Assembly: GCA_010015585.1 (NCBI GenBank)
Contig: ML975154.1
Origin: Eremomyces bilateralis CBS 781.70
Taxonomy: Eukaryota
DNA length: 64,000 nucleotides
Direction: 5' to 3' (one strand)
This document shows positions 36,950 to 48,468 of this stretch, piece after piece. The first letter of the stretch is position 1, and every line of letters starts with the position of its first letter. The position numbers and the translations under genes are program-made. A model generated the notes under the pieces. That model was not told where the DNA came from, did no database searches, and worked only from the letters and a program-made list of their open reading frames with translations.

Positions 36950-38725
36950 TGGAACGCAGTGATATGGACGCGGCTCATGCCTGGAGCGTATTACCCAACT
37001 TCGGTTACCCGATGAGATTGTAGAGCCAGTTTGGGCTGTACGACCAAATGGACGATTACGGTTGGAACAGTAGCGACCATCCTCGGGGAAACATTGAGGC
37101 AGTGCGGAAGCATATCAGGGAGGCGACGGGGTACTTGGGCGAACTGGATAGTACGACGGCGGGGAAACAGACGGCACATCTTCGGCAGAGCACGATCAAG
37201 TATTATGAGCAGAGAAAGACGGTCGAGGTATGATGGGGCAGAAAGGTTTTGGACAAGATGCGACTGACAATGTCCAGCCGACAGAAGCCGTGTTACATGC
37301 GCTCTACGATTGCGAACGGGGATTTATCATGTCGATCTATAAGAAACGGGCGCGCTCGGCAGCGCCGTCTGATTGGACCAAAGCCCAGTTTCCTTCATTA
37401 CATACCATGTCGGATGTTCTCTTCCTGGAGTGGGAGAAGCAATGCCGCGGCGTTGTGCCTAGCAAGAAGAACTTGAACTAGTGGGTGGAGTTCGACATCA
37501 GTGACGTAGATACACTGAGCACCATTACGCGAGTATTGAAAGAGAATGGGGGGGCCCTCTTGGGAAAGGGGGGGCGCAAGTATCTCTATCACCAGAATCT
37601 ACAAAAAATCAGAAGTGCTTCCACGCCTTGTTGGGGCCAAACTACGGCATGTCAGCGGGGGGTTCCTCGGCTAACATAAAGGCGGCCTAGGCGTGAAACA
37701 GACCAGCATGATCTACGTGTTCAAGCACCACGCCGGTCCGACATATCTGATCATCTACAAAATCAATGATGCTCCCGGAAACGGGGGGATCTGTGCTGGG
37801 CCAACCCAGCCGATCAGGACGGGTATCGTCGATTCAACAAAAACATCCTGCGTGCCCCGGATCAGGGGATGTGGGGGAAAGCCCTAGAGAAGGGCAACCA
37901 GATGATGGAGAACTTTCCGAAGCCAGTGGAGGAGTTGGACCAGTTTTGTTGGCCGCCGAACCCCGTAACGGGGGAAGAGAAAAGGTCGCAGAGCCAGAAC
38001 GTCGAGATCGCGGACTTGTCGCAGTGGGGATGGGTGATGGAGGAGTACCCCAGCTGGTTCATCGATGTTGGCGAGATGGATGAGAACTTTGACGGGTTGG
38101 GCATCGACGTGTACATTCCGGATGGCAACGAGGCGGGCGAGGCTGCGTATTTTGGCTGGTACGCAGGGGAGACGACTCAAATAGGGGGATTGGATTTGGG
38201 TTTGAGAACGACTATATGGAGGTAAGTGTCCGCCCCGAATTCAGTTCGGTTTCTCCCTAATATCCCTTAGCGTACAAAGGGCACGTTGCAAGCATCCTAC
38301 AACGTCAAGACAGGGCCGATCTACGTGCGAGCGTTCACCAGTCCCACAACCAAGGCATAGGAGGAAGAAGGCAAGGACAATCACGCATACACGCCGCTCC
38401 GATTCATGTCCGATACACAGTATCTCACGTGGACTGTGGTGGGCCAACAAGCTCCCGCCGACGGACAAACTTGGAACCGACTGGTATGGACCATCCAAGT
38501 CTACGCCTCGAACAAGATCAGTGCCGAAATCGCCTGCAAGTGCACGAGCATGTTCGGAGAATATGAGGCCGATCCACTGTGGCCGGGCGAGATATTTAGT
38601 ATCTCCGACACGACAGAGAGGGGGGGATGCTTCAGAGGATTGTTATGTTCTCCGAATGGCCTTCTGATAGGGTATTTGATCATTCGGCATAAGAATGATC
38701 TTTCGCTCTGAGAAGTAGACAGTAT
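36950..38725 (+). pseudogene. Broken gene with two tandem copies of an uncharacterised fungal domain
   Basis: Fragments in shifting frames with internal stops. Copy 1 reads LHTMSDVLFLEW..L*HKGGLGVK and copy 2 reads LRFMSDTQYLTW..WPG.IF..GLLCSPNGLLIGYLIIRHKNDL. A short intron-like GTAAGT..CTAAT..TAG segment lies at about 38222-38270. Boundaries are approximate. Confidence 0.5.
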
Positions 38726-39318
38726 AAGGATCGTGGAGCGGAATTGGATCTTTCATATTCGCTGGCTGGGGAGAGAGGGTCCGTAAGCTGGGCCGAAGCT
38801 GATAAGAAGGATTGAAGGGCGACTCAATCTTTGATAAATCTACAAGTATCCTGTTCAGTGGTATCGTTTGGGGGATGCTGCCGATAAACTCGTATATCCG
38901 CTATTACTTGCAATAATAGCACTCCGGTCTTCGACCAAGCCAGACAAGAATGAAGACATCAGCTAAACATAGTTCTTAATGAAGCTGTAAAAGTTTAGAT
39001 ATGATATATAATAATAACACCAGGACAAAATATAGTAATTCGACTTGTAAGCCAGAGTGCTAATGTGGAGAGTACACTGAATTGTCTAAATTGAAAAAAC
39101 CGTTGCGCAAAGGTCACGTGATGAGACTAGATTCAATAGTCTTTGCCTTTTGGCCCTTCTTCTTTTGCCTTTTGGGTCCTTTTCTTTGTCTTTGGCTCCC
39201 CAAATTAGGGGTCGACCAATGTCTTAGTAAGAAGTTGGGTCACCCGATATTCCGCTGACGAAAAGCATTGAATCGATCTCACAGTCAACAACTTTCATTG
39301 TAATCTTATAAGAAAGCT

Positions 39319-40245
39319 TTAAAGGTTCCCAGCATTCGTTTTCAATCCAACCGCCGCATTTCCAATCACCACCTTCTCCCCTTTCCCATCCCCTACCACC
39401 ATCCGAAACGCGATCCTTCTCCCCTCTTCCTCCCACATCTCCGTCCGCACCAACTCACCAGGGAACACCGGCTTGCTCAACCGGCACCGCACCCAGTCAA
39501 ACCTCCCGACATCCCCTCCCGCAAACTCCTCGATGATCTGCCTGATCCCAACCCCCAGCGTACAGGTTCCCGTCAGAATGGGCCCCTGAAAGCCTGCCCG
39601 CTTCGCCGTCGCCGGATCGATGTGCAGCGGATTCAAATCGCCCGACGCAGCGCGGTACAGGGCGCCTTGTTCGGGTGTCGTTTTATACTGGAGCACCTTG
39701 TCAGCGGTCCGCGATGGGGTGGGGTAGGTTGCGGTTGCGGGGCCACGATCTTCGGTGGTGGTGGAGGCGCCGGCTGGGGGGATGCCGAGGACGAACGAGG
39801 TCCATTCGCTGTAGCAGATGACCGTACCGGACGGTGGATGCGAGGTTTCGATGGCGACCGTGACGGTGACGCCGCGGGGGCGAGACACGCAGCCGATGAT
39901 CTTCCCGGTGGTGCGGATGGGGACAGTGGGAGAGTTGGACGAGGGGATGGGGAAGGGGGCGAGGGATCGGATGTAGTGCTCGCCATGGAGTTGGTTGTGG
40001 GGTTGGAATTTGGGGAGGAGGGAAGGAAATGCTTGGGAAACGGCGCCCATGACGGAGATGGTGGGGACGCAGGCGAAGGAGGGGAGGGCGTGGAATGAGG
40101 GGTGGGCTTCGAAGGTTAGGGGGAGGTTGGTACCTGCAGCTCCCAGGGCGAGGTTGTAGGAGATGATGATGGAGGCATTGTAGGAGGTGTCAACGGACCA
40201 TTGTCGGGATTGGAGGAGTTGAAGGTCAATGGTTGCTGGGGCCAT
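39319..40245 (-). CDS. Stand-alone MaoC/hot-dog fold (R)-specific enoyl-CoA hydratase 2-like protein
   Basis: Intact 308 aa ORF with YNLALGA..FEAHPSFHALPSF, LHGEHY, the hydratase-2 motif ALYRAASGDLNPLHIDP..A..AGF..PILTG.CT and KPVFPGE.VRTEMW. Confidence 0.9.
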   Translation of the reverse strand: MAPATIDLQLLQSRQWSVDTSYNASIIISYNLALGAAGTNLPLTFEAHPSFHALPSFACVPTISVMGAVSQAFPSLLPKFQPHNQLHGEHYIRSLAPFPIPSSNSPTVPIRTTGKIIGCVSRPRGVTVTVAIETSHPPSGTVICYSEWTSFVLGIPPAGASTTTEDRGPATATYPTPSRTADKVLQYKTTPEQGALYRAASGDLNPLHIDPATAKRAGFQGPILTGTCTLGVGIRQIIEEFAGGDVGRFDWVRCRLSKPVFPGELVRTEMWEEEGRRIAFRMVVGDGKGEKVVIGNAAVGLKTNAGNL

Positions 40246-40912
40246 GGCTATTTACTTGAGATGGACAGGCAAATAGGATATTGTTACTGATTAAGCCCGT
40301 GAATCAACTGTCACAGTTTCGAAAGATCAACTGTGTCAAATGAATTGTGACTTCGAATATAACTGGGCAACGTGAGATTTAACAATTACGCTGCACACTG
40401 CCAATACACTATAATCGGCGGGGTCTTGATGCGGGGCGGGAATCGATCGGTTCGGCACTGACAGACCCCGTCACTTGTAGCCGGCAGCCGTCTGAACCTT
40501 ATTCTGACCTCCTATCCACACCGCCCGACACCATGTTGACCAAGCGCAGATGTGACTCCGTATGGGGAAGATATGAGAAGAAGGATATCTAGTGGACTTG
40601 AATAAAACCATAAAAGATCTTTTACGGGAGAAAACTCGAATGGAGGATACCGACGACGTTGAGATGCTTCGCAGCTTGCATAATGGCAGAGGGCCTATTT
40701 GGCGATCGGACAAGAACTGGAAAAGTAATCTACGGCTGGTACATTAGTATATCAGACATATTCCTCGATTGATATTTTAATTGGGATGCGATGGATAAGT
40801 AAGTATTCGAGAAGAGAAGGCATGTTGTTTGTTGACTTAGATAGGTTCCTTTGGAGGCATGAATCGCTGAATGATCCGAGATTCAACCTAACTTCAGCCG
40901 CACTTCAGCCGA

Positions 40913-41143
40913 GTCGCGACCTCCCCTTGTCACCACGCGACTTCGCGACGCGACTTGTTCTAAGCGGTCCCTCAGCACTATCTATCCTCCAACCCATACC
41001 AATAACACATTCAAATCCTTAGTTCAATTCCTCCCAAACATATTTCGGAAGCTTTATATTGTATTCAAGGTCTAACTAGTCTTTTTATCCCCAGCATGGC
41101 TTTAAGAACATAGTATACCCCACCAATACGCGTCTCAGCGCGT
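40913..41143. promoter_or_regulatory. Cluster of MCB-like (ACGCGT/CGCG) cell-cycle elements upstream of CDC45
   Basis: ACGCGT at 41128-41133, GCGCGT at 41138-41143, and four TCGCGA/ACGCGA cores in 40913-40955. MCB boxes are the established G1/S elements of fungal replication genes. Confidence 0.55.
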
Positions 41144-41308
41144 CAATCCATGAACTGTCTGCTACAGACATCGCTTGCGATCGCCATATTTGCACACATA
41201 TTCGGTGCATTCTCCCTCTCGGTTACTCTCAGTCGATACCCTAAAGAACACGTCAATGTTAGCTAGCCGGTCTACTCCTCGAAACAAGTCAAACATCCTT
41301 CCGGAAAC

Positions 41309-43941
41309 ATGTATTTACCACGCTCCCTCGTCGGACACCTCTACAACCACCTGCTTCGATCCCACCATCCCCTCTCTCCTCCGGTCCTCATCCTGGTATC
41401 CCTTGAACCGGACGCGATATGTGCCTGCCGAATTCTCACATCCCTCCTTCGACGCGACTATATCTCACATAAGATCCATCCCATCAGTGGCTATGCCGAC
41501 CTTGCCAATGCCGGCACGGAGCTGGTTCGTCCGATGCGCAGGTCCGATGGAGGGTCCGGTGGCGTGGTGATCTGTCTCGGTGTGGGGGGCATGGTGGATC
41601 TGGAAGAGAAACTAGGGCTCGAAGTCGACGAGAATGGCGAAGGCGGAATGGGAGGCGTGGAGGTCTGGGTCTTAGATGCAAGACGACCGTATAACTTGAC
41701 CAACGTGTTTGGCGGGCAAGGAATCCAACCTGAGGAGATTGCGGATGAAGCGGGAAGAAGACGGCACGGGATTGACAAAGGCCAATTGTCAGACGCGTAC
41801 CTCCCAGGGAATGGGGGGATCATTGTCTTGGACGATGGTGATATTGAGGAAGACCTAGAGCCCGAACGAGAAGCATATTGTGCACTTGCTGAGATGCCTG
41901 AACTCGGCGACGATGACGAGTCCATCGTGTCGGAATCGGAGGTGGGAGAAGCTGCCGATGAGGACGACATCCCAACCTCCGGTCAAGCAAGCCGGAAACG
42001 AAAGAGCTGGTCAGACACAGAAGATAGCGAGCTGGACGATGACGAACGACCCAGGCAAAGGCGACGTAGTAACTCAGTAAGTCGGTTCAACCTCCACGGA
42101 ATGACGCGTTTAACAGTCCACAGTCCACCATTATCCCCTCGTCTCCGCGACCCGATCGACGTCGTGCCCTCGGGTCTTCCGAATCCTCACGTTCAGTCAG
42201 CCCCATCGAGCATTCCGGCTCCGTCTCTCCCATCCCCAAATCCAACGAACTTTCTGCTCGCCAACTCCGCCGCCAACTCCTCCGCCTGCGCCAAAAGCAC
42301 GACCGCGTCCTCCAAAAATACTACTCCCTCGGTACCTCCTTCTCCGAACCCGTCTCCTCGCTCCTGTACTCCCTCGCCTCCGAACTCGGCCGCGAAGACA
42401 ACGAGCTCCTCTGGCTCGCCATCGTCGGCGTCACCTCCCTAGAACTCGCCGGCCAAACCGCCCATGGCCTCGGCCTCATGCCCATCTCCGACAACCTCAC
42501 CCCCTCCTCCTGGTCCGGCGCCCGCGGCGCCCGCATCCGCGCCGTCCTCCGCGACGAAGTTCGCCGCCTCAACCCCGCCGACCCCAACTCCTCCCGCGAC
42601 AGCACCACCGGCGAAGCCTCTGGCGCGATCCCGACGCAAGCTCGCTCACCCACGGACAACGCCATCCGGCTCTCCCCCGAGCCGCGATTCCTCCTCATCC
42701 GCCACTGGTCTCTCTATGACAGCATGCTCCACAGCAGCTACGTGGCATCCAAGCTCAAAACCTGGACCGAGCCCGGCACGCGCCGCCTGCAGCGCCTCCT
42801 CGCCAAAATGGGCGTCAGCCTCACCCAATGCCGCCAGAGCTACACCCACATGGACATGGAACTCAAGCGCGGCCTCCGCGAACGCCTCCTGAAATTTGCC
42901 CCCCTCTACGGCCTCCATGACCTCGTACCTCCCCGCGTCTTCGGCGCCGGCGACGCAGGCAAGGATTCCTGGGGCTTCGTCCGCTGCTGGGGCTGGAAAG
43001 CCTGCCTCTCCGCCTCCGACGTCGGCGTCGTTCTCAGTGCCATCCTGGATGTCGGCCACGTCGCGCACGCCGCACCTACATCCACCGCTCAACACGCGCC
43101 CAGCACTCTGTCCTCGGGCGCGTCCACCCCCGCCGCCTCGACCGGCACGCACGACCTCGCGCTCACGCCCACGGGTGCCGACGCCTCGGACATGTCGCGG
43201 TTCTTCGCGGCGTACGACGCGCTGGGGTCGCCGAGCGTGGTGCTGGCGCAAGTCGGGGTGGCGCAGGGGCTGGCGCGGGCGATTCTGCGGACGGGGACGT
43301 CGCTGCTGGCGAAGAAGCAGATCCGGCGGCTGGCGGCGTTTCGGATGTGCGTGGTGCGGGAGGGGCCGGACGTGGGGGTGTTTTGCCGGGCGGGGCCGTT
43401 GGTGAAGTTGGGACTGTGGGTTGCCGGGGCGGTGCGGGAGGAGGGGGAGGGGGGAGGGGAGATGGTGATTGCGGGGTTGGATGAGGGGAGGGGGGTGTTT
43501 GTGGTGGTGGGGTTGGGCGGGGGAAGTGGGGGATATGATGCAGAGAGGCGGAGTGCGAAGATGGTGGAGAGAAAAAAGCGGAAAGAGGAGAAGGAGAAGA
43601 GAAGGGGGGAGCGGAGAGCGGAGAGGGAGAAAAGGCGGGAGGAGAGACAGGAGCGGTGGTTAGCGATGGGGGAGGATCTAGAGGACTTCGAGGAGAGCGA
43701 AGACGAGAGCGAGGAGGACGACAGCGACAGCGACAGCGGCAGCGAGAGCGAAGGCGAGGAGCGTCGCCGGGCGAAAAAAGGCGAGGGACGGAATAAATTC
43801 GGTATCGCGTTTCTGGAAGTGGCACGGGAGACGGGGGCGCGGGTGCGGAAGGATGGGTTCGAGCATTGTATCGTGGAGGTGGGGAAGGAGAGTCTGAGCG
43901 CGTTCCTGGAGGGGCTGAGCTTTAAGGCGGTGGTGGGGTAG
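41309..43941 (+). CDS. CDC45: DNA replication initiation factor Cdc45; exons 41309-42076, 42124-43941
   Basis: VLILVSLEPDAICACRILTSLLRRDYISHKIHPISGY, VLDARRPYNL.NVF, YYSLGTSFSEP, FLLIRHWSLYDSMLHS, LLAKMGVSL.QCRQSY.HMD and RNKFGIAF. One 47 nt phase-0 intron. Confidence 0.97.
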
Positions 43942-44239
43942 GGTAGGAGCCGTTTCATCTTGGAGGAGCGAATAGCGGCATAGTATGGTGATTGCATGGG
44001 CGGAGTACAGTATCATGATCGGTAGACGCGGTCAATGTCGGCGTCCGGGACCCTGTTTTTCCTACCATACGCGCATCAGCCGTTCTACAATATCACATTC
44101 TCGTTCTACCCTCTCCCTCAAGTACTGTAGCGAGCGCGTGACCCATTCATCTCAGCGAAGTGCCCTCCGGCGGGGTATCATACATCCAAATCATAACGAA
44201 CGACATTTTCTTCCTTCCCGTCCTACACGCCATTCCAAC

Positions 44240-46741
44240 CTATCCACTTGGGTCATTCACCGTCCACCGCCGCTTTACCGCCCGCTCCCGATCCAACTTC
44301 GGCGCCTGCGACGCGCCCCACAACCTCATGTGACTCGGCCCCGTTCCCCACAACCCCTGCGTCTCCCCAGGCGGCTTCCCCGGAAAATTCTCTACCACCT
44401 CATCCCTTTCCTCCTCCTCACTCTGCCGTTCCGGCATTCCCTCCTCATCCTCCTCCTCCTCCCCATCCTCTCCCTCCACCTCCCCCTTCTCCTTGATAAC
44501 GACAACAGGCGATTCCCTTCCGCCCCCTCCCTTTCCCGCCACCTCCACCATCCTCACCGAACCCCCCGCATCCCCAAAATTCAACACCATATCCCGCCCA
44601 GGACTATTCGAATACAGCGAGTCCGCATCGCCCACCACCGTTGACGACAGTGCGGGGCTGCGGTTCGCATTCCACAAGCCGCCCGGCCGTCCGGGGATAT
44701 CCCGTCCGCCGGGCTCGGCAGGGGACTGGCTGCGGGAGCTCCAACTGCGCGTGGGAGCGGATGGCTTGCGGGCAGTGCTAAGGGCGGCCGACATGGCGCG
44801 GACGGGGGCGCCGGCGGCGTTGGTGAGGTTGAGGGCGGCGAAGGGGGGGGCGGAGGGGGCGGCGGAGGAGGCGGTCGGGGGAGTGGTGGAGCCGATGAGA
44901 GCGGCGGCGGAGGAGGAGCCGGGAAGGCCGGAGGAGGAGAGGCCGTCGAAGCGGCGGCGGTAAGCGGCGTGTTCGGGAAGTTGGACGTGGGTGGGGATGG
45001 AGGGGGGTGGTTTGGGGGAGTCAAGGGTGGGGAGGCGGGAGGGGTCGACGCCGGAGGTGAGGTGCGTGGTGGTGGCGAGGTGGCGGATTTCGTAGGACTG
45101 GGCGAGGCGGGGGTCGAGGGAAGAGCGGCGGCGGGAGGAGAAGGATGGGGGGGTAGGTGGGGGGGAAGAGGAGAGGAGGGATGGGGGAGGTGGAGGTTTA
45201 GGGGGGGACCAGAGAGTGCTAGTAGAGTGGGTACGGGGGGAGGTGGGGGAGTGTCTCGGAGAGGTCTGGCGGAGGCGTGCCCATGTTAGGCTAGCCGTGC
45301 CAACGTCGATGAGGACTGGTTGATTTGTGAGAGCGCCGATAAGGGCATTGCAACCCGCACCGTGAGTGACGAGGATGAGAATGAGCTCTTCCTCCTCTTC
45401 CTCTTCTGCTGCTTCTTCTTCCTCTTCTGGTTGCTGGGGTCGGACAGGAACCGGCTTTTTGGACGTTGGACTTAGGTTCGGCGTTTCCGTTCCGTAGGAT
45501 TTGTACCAATTAACCATATTACTCAACCCTTTTCGGAATCTGCGGTGCATGGCGCTCCATTCTTCGCCGTTTTCGCCGCCACCGCCCCATTCTTGTGGCT
45601 CTCGCATGCTGTCCCATTGATAGTCCACAATCACACATGCATCGCGCGTGTGAGCGGGATAGCCAGCAGGAATCGGGTCGATATGAGCAATGGCATAGGA
45701 AGGAACAGGTGGCACATATAATCCCGCATCGGTTCCACCCGCGGAGATGGTGGCAGCCTTCGACTCGGAAGCTTGGGTCCCCGCCCGATCTCGACGTGGC
45801 AACGCCTGCTCAAGGTCCTCGAGATGTGACAACGGCCCTCGGTCCTCCGCAGAAACTGTAGCCCCACTCGATCTCGAAGGAGACTCGGCCTTCACCTTCT
45901 TCCCCCATCCGCCTGGGAAGTTACCTGGACCGTTGGTGGCGTTTTGAGGCTGCAAGGCATCAATTCTATCAGCACGACGGAGTAACTCTGCTTTCGCGTT
46001 CGCGACCATGAAGGTCGAATTTGGTGGAGGGGTGATGTCTTCGAAGTATTCTGGCGATAACCATTCTCCAAGAAACGCGTCGATTCGAAGCGTTGTCTTC
46101 CGAAGGCTGTCGGGCTCTTGTTCGCCATTCTGGTCCTTCCTAGCATCGGGGGTGCTGTCGACAGGGTTGGAAGTAGGGGCGGAAGTTAAAGGCTTTATAC
46201 CAACCTCCCGGGACAGTGGAGAGGGTGACCTCGTGGGAGATGACCTTCCAAGCTTTGCGTCCGAGAGCGCTCGTCCCCTAGATTCATGTTCCTTAGGTTT
46301 CTTGTAGCTTGCGATTCCACCACTTAGCGCCACCGACGTCTGGACGCAGCGTAAGAATGGTGAGCTATGCATTATGATCTTCTGCTTTCTCTTCCTCTTC
46401 CGCCCAGTGTTGTCGGCAGGCCGTCCATCTCCATTGCTGGTGCTAGCTCCATCCTTCGTTCGGAACGGGTCCTGTTGTGCCTCCTCTCGCTCCTTCGATT
46501 CTAGCTCATCCAATCGTGCGTTCAAGAGATGTGCGATTCGGAGGCCGAGTGATCGAGCTTGCATCCAACCGCCGTAGGTTAGAGGGGGGTCGTATGGTGT
46601 GGGAGAGGAGAGGTGCCATGATTTGTCGGCAGCGTCAAGCCTGGCTCCATGTCTGCGGATGATGTCGGTCAGAAAATGATATACCAGCCGGGGAAATGTA
46701 TACCTTGCAATAATGATAACACTGGGCACTATTCCATCCAT
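44240..46741 (-). CDS. Histidine phosphatase / phosphoglycerate mutase family protein; probable 51 nt intron at 46703-46653
   Basis: IIIAR|HGARLDAADK.W..PTPYDPPLTYGGW, HSSPFLRCVQT, IDAFLGEWL and ILVTHGAGCNALIGAL, followed by a low-complexity C-terminus. Confidence 0.9.
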   Translation of the reverse strand: MDGIVPSVIIIARYTFPRLVYHFLTDIIRRHGARLDAADKSWHLSSPTPYDPPLTYGGWMQARSLGLRIAHLLNARLDELESKEREEAQQDPFRTKDGASTSNGDGRPADNTGRKRKRKQKIIMHSSPFLRCVQTSVALSGGIASYKKPKEHESRGRALSDAKLGRSSPTRSPSPLSREVGIKPLTSAPTSNPVDSTPDARKDQNGEQEPDSLRKTTLRIDAFLGEWLSPEYFEDITPPPNSTFMVANAKAELLRRADRIDALQPQNATNGPGNFPGGWGKKVKAESPSRSSGATVSAEDRGPLSHLEDLEQALPRRDRAGTQASESKAATISAGGTDAGLYVPPVPSYAIAHIDPIPAGYPAHTRDACVIVDYQWDSMREPQEWGGGGENGEEWSAMHRRFRKGLSNMVNWYKSYGTETPNLSPTSKKPVPVRPQQPEEEEEAAEEEEEEELILILVTHGAGCNALIGALTNQPVLIDVGTASLTWARLRQTSPRHSPTSPRTHSTSTLWSPPKPPPPPSLLSSSPPPTPPSFSSRRRSSLDPRLAQSYEIRHLATTTHLTSGVDPSRLPTLDSPKPPPSIPTHVQLPEHAAYRRRFDGLSSSGLPGSSSAAALIGSTTPPTASSAAPSAPPFAALNLTNAAGAPVRAMSAALSTARKPSAPTRSWSSRSQSPAEPGGRDIPGRPGGLWNANRSPALSSTVVGDADSLYSNSPGRDMVLNFGDAGGSVRMVEVAGKGGGGRESPVVVIKEKGEVEGEDGEEEEDEEGMPERQSEEEERDEVVENFPGKPPGETQGLWGTGPSHMRLWGASQAPKLDRERAVKRRWTVNDPSG

Positions 46742-47384
46742 TTTGGAGGGTTACTCCGCTGGTATTAAGTGTTTTGGGTAGGACAAGCGGACCCGTAGGA
46801 TTTATAAGTTAGCTCATAGCTCTCGCCTCAAGATGCGGTGACGATGGGGGCAATGGTTTAGAATCCGAAATCGACGAGCGAAAGACTTAAGTTCTTTGAT
46901 TTTCCAGGTGTCTGATGCAGTATGGAAGAGTAGTTGGACTGCTTTCTAGTTACAATACATGTTAAGATGCAAACATGAAGCGTGAACAGCTCGGATCAAG
47001 CTTCAACTCCAACTCGAGGGTCTGGCCCTTCATTATTAAAAAGCGGGGAGGCGCAGAACTGATGACTCCGGCGTGAGGCGCAACAGATTCACTCATCTCA
47101 TGACCCGGAAGAAGCTTCATTCTCCCGTTAACTCCGCATCAACCCATTGGATCTTCTGAATACCAGTATGGTATCTTTAGTTTGGCTTTGTCGTCGTATT
47201 ACGCGACGGTTGCAGCTTGTCTTGGGGCGCGCAAATTGCCTTTGTTTGTGTTGATTCCGTCACCTCCAGCTCCTTGTACAGAGTATTTTACATGTGATTT
47301 CCATAACGTGCGATTTTGATCCACTGCTAGGCTGCTGAGATTTGTTCCCTCGTTTTTGATATTTGTCCCCCGCGCTAGTAATTA

Positions 47385-48382
47385 ATGGTGGAAATTAATG
47401 GATTAAATCAATCCTAGCGTATAAAAGTACTCAAGCGGAGCAAACCTCTTGATTCTGATGTCAAAGACACGATATTACTACCAGTGCGATCAATTCAGAA
47501 AGTATCAGTCTAGTTAGAGCAAGGCTTCTGAACACAAGCATGCGCGCAACTGGATATCCCTTTAAGTTTATTATCTTCAAGACAAAGCAATCGGAGGATA
47601 GCGACCAGTAGAAGCTAGAGGTTCAACATAAGCATCATAACCACTCTCAATCACTCGACCCTAGTACACACAATGTCCATCGTAGACGTACACCGGCTCA
47701 GAAAGCTATAATTACATCAATGACACATGTCAGGGCCCGACCGATGCAGATATTGGCCGCAATTGAAAAGGAGGATAAGGATACATCAATCTCTGCCACT
47801 GACATTCGCGGCGAAATAAAGACAATTGGAGAGAAGCACTCAAATAGGAGGAGTTCGATCGAGACATTGCTAGATAGCCTTTCCTTGCCAGGATAGGTTT
47901 ACGCTGCCAAGCAAGATATGGACAATCGCGTATAAGGTCTCTTCTTTGCCCACCGAAAGCAGATCGAGCTACTGCTTACGAATCCCGATATCCTGTTGAT
48001 GCACTATACGTATAGAACCAACAAGTACAAACCCCCACTGTTACACATACTCGGCTGTACCAATCTGTAAACCTTCTTCTCTGCAGGCTTCTACTTCCTC
48101 AGCAACGAGATACAAGCAGATTATCATTGGGCAATCTCGAACTTCCTCCTTAAAACAGGAACACCACAACCACGCGTGTTTATTAGCGATCAGAAGGATG
48201 CTTTAAAACTGGCTGCCCGTACTCTGCTTCCGAGCGTTCCCAACTCCTATACGAGTAACATATCAACAAGAATGTACAGACAAAGGCGCAACAAATATGA
48301 CGAGACACTGATAGGGTAACAAGAGAGGAGAAGTAGGAAATCGCCGATAAACGGGCTAGATTCATGAAGCGTTGGACCCAGG
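47385..48382 (+). mobile_element. Degenerate Mutator (MULE) transposase fragment
   Basis: HNHSQSLDPSTHNVHRR zinc-finger-like segment, then TYRTNKYKPPLLHILG.TN..FFSAGFYFLSNE..DYHWA..VFISDQKDAL..A...LP..QLL..*HINKNV, the MULE DDE core. Several stops and frameshifts. TIRs were not found and ends are approximate. Confidence 0.88.
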
Positions 48383-48468
48383 AATACTCCAGCTCTGACT
48401 ATGAATAAGAAACAATAGACCTAACTAGAACAGCTTGTCTATGCAAAGGGACCACTTGAGTTCTAATT

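Noticed and set aside
32600..38900. Accessory island as a Starship or viral insertion
   Set aside because: No tyrosine recombinase captain, viral genes or boundary repeats were recognised.
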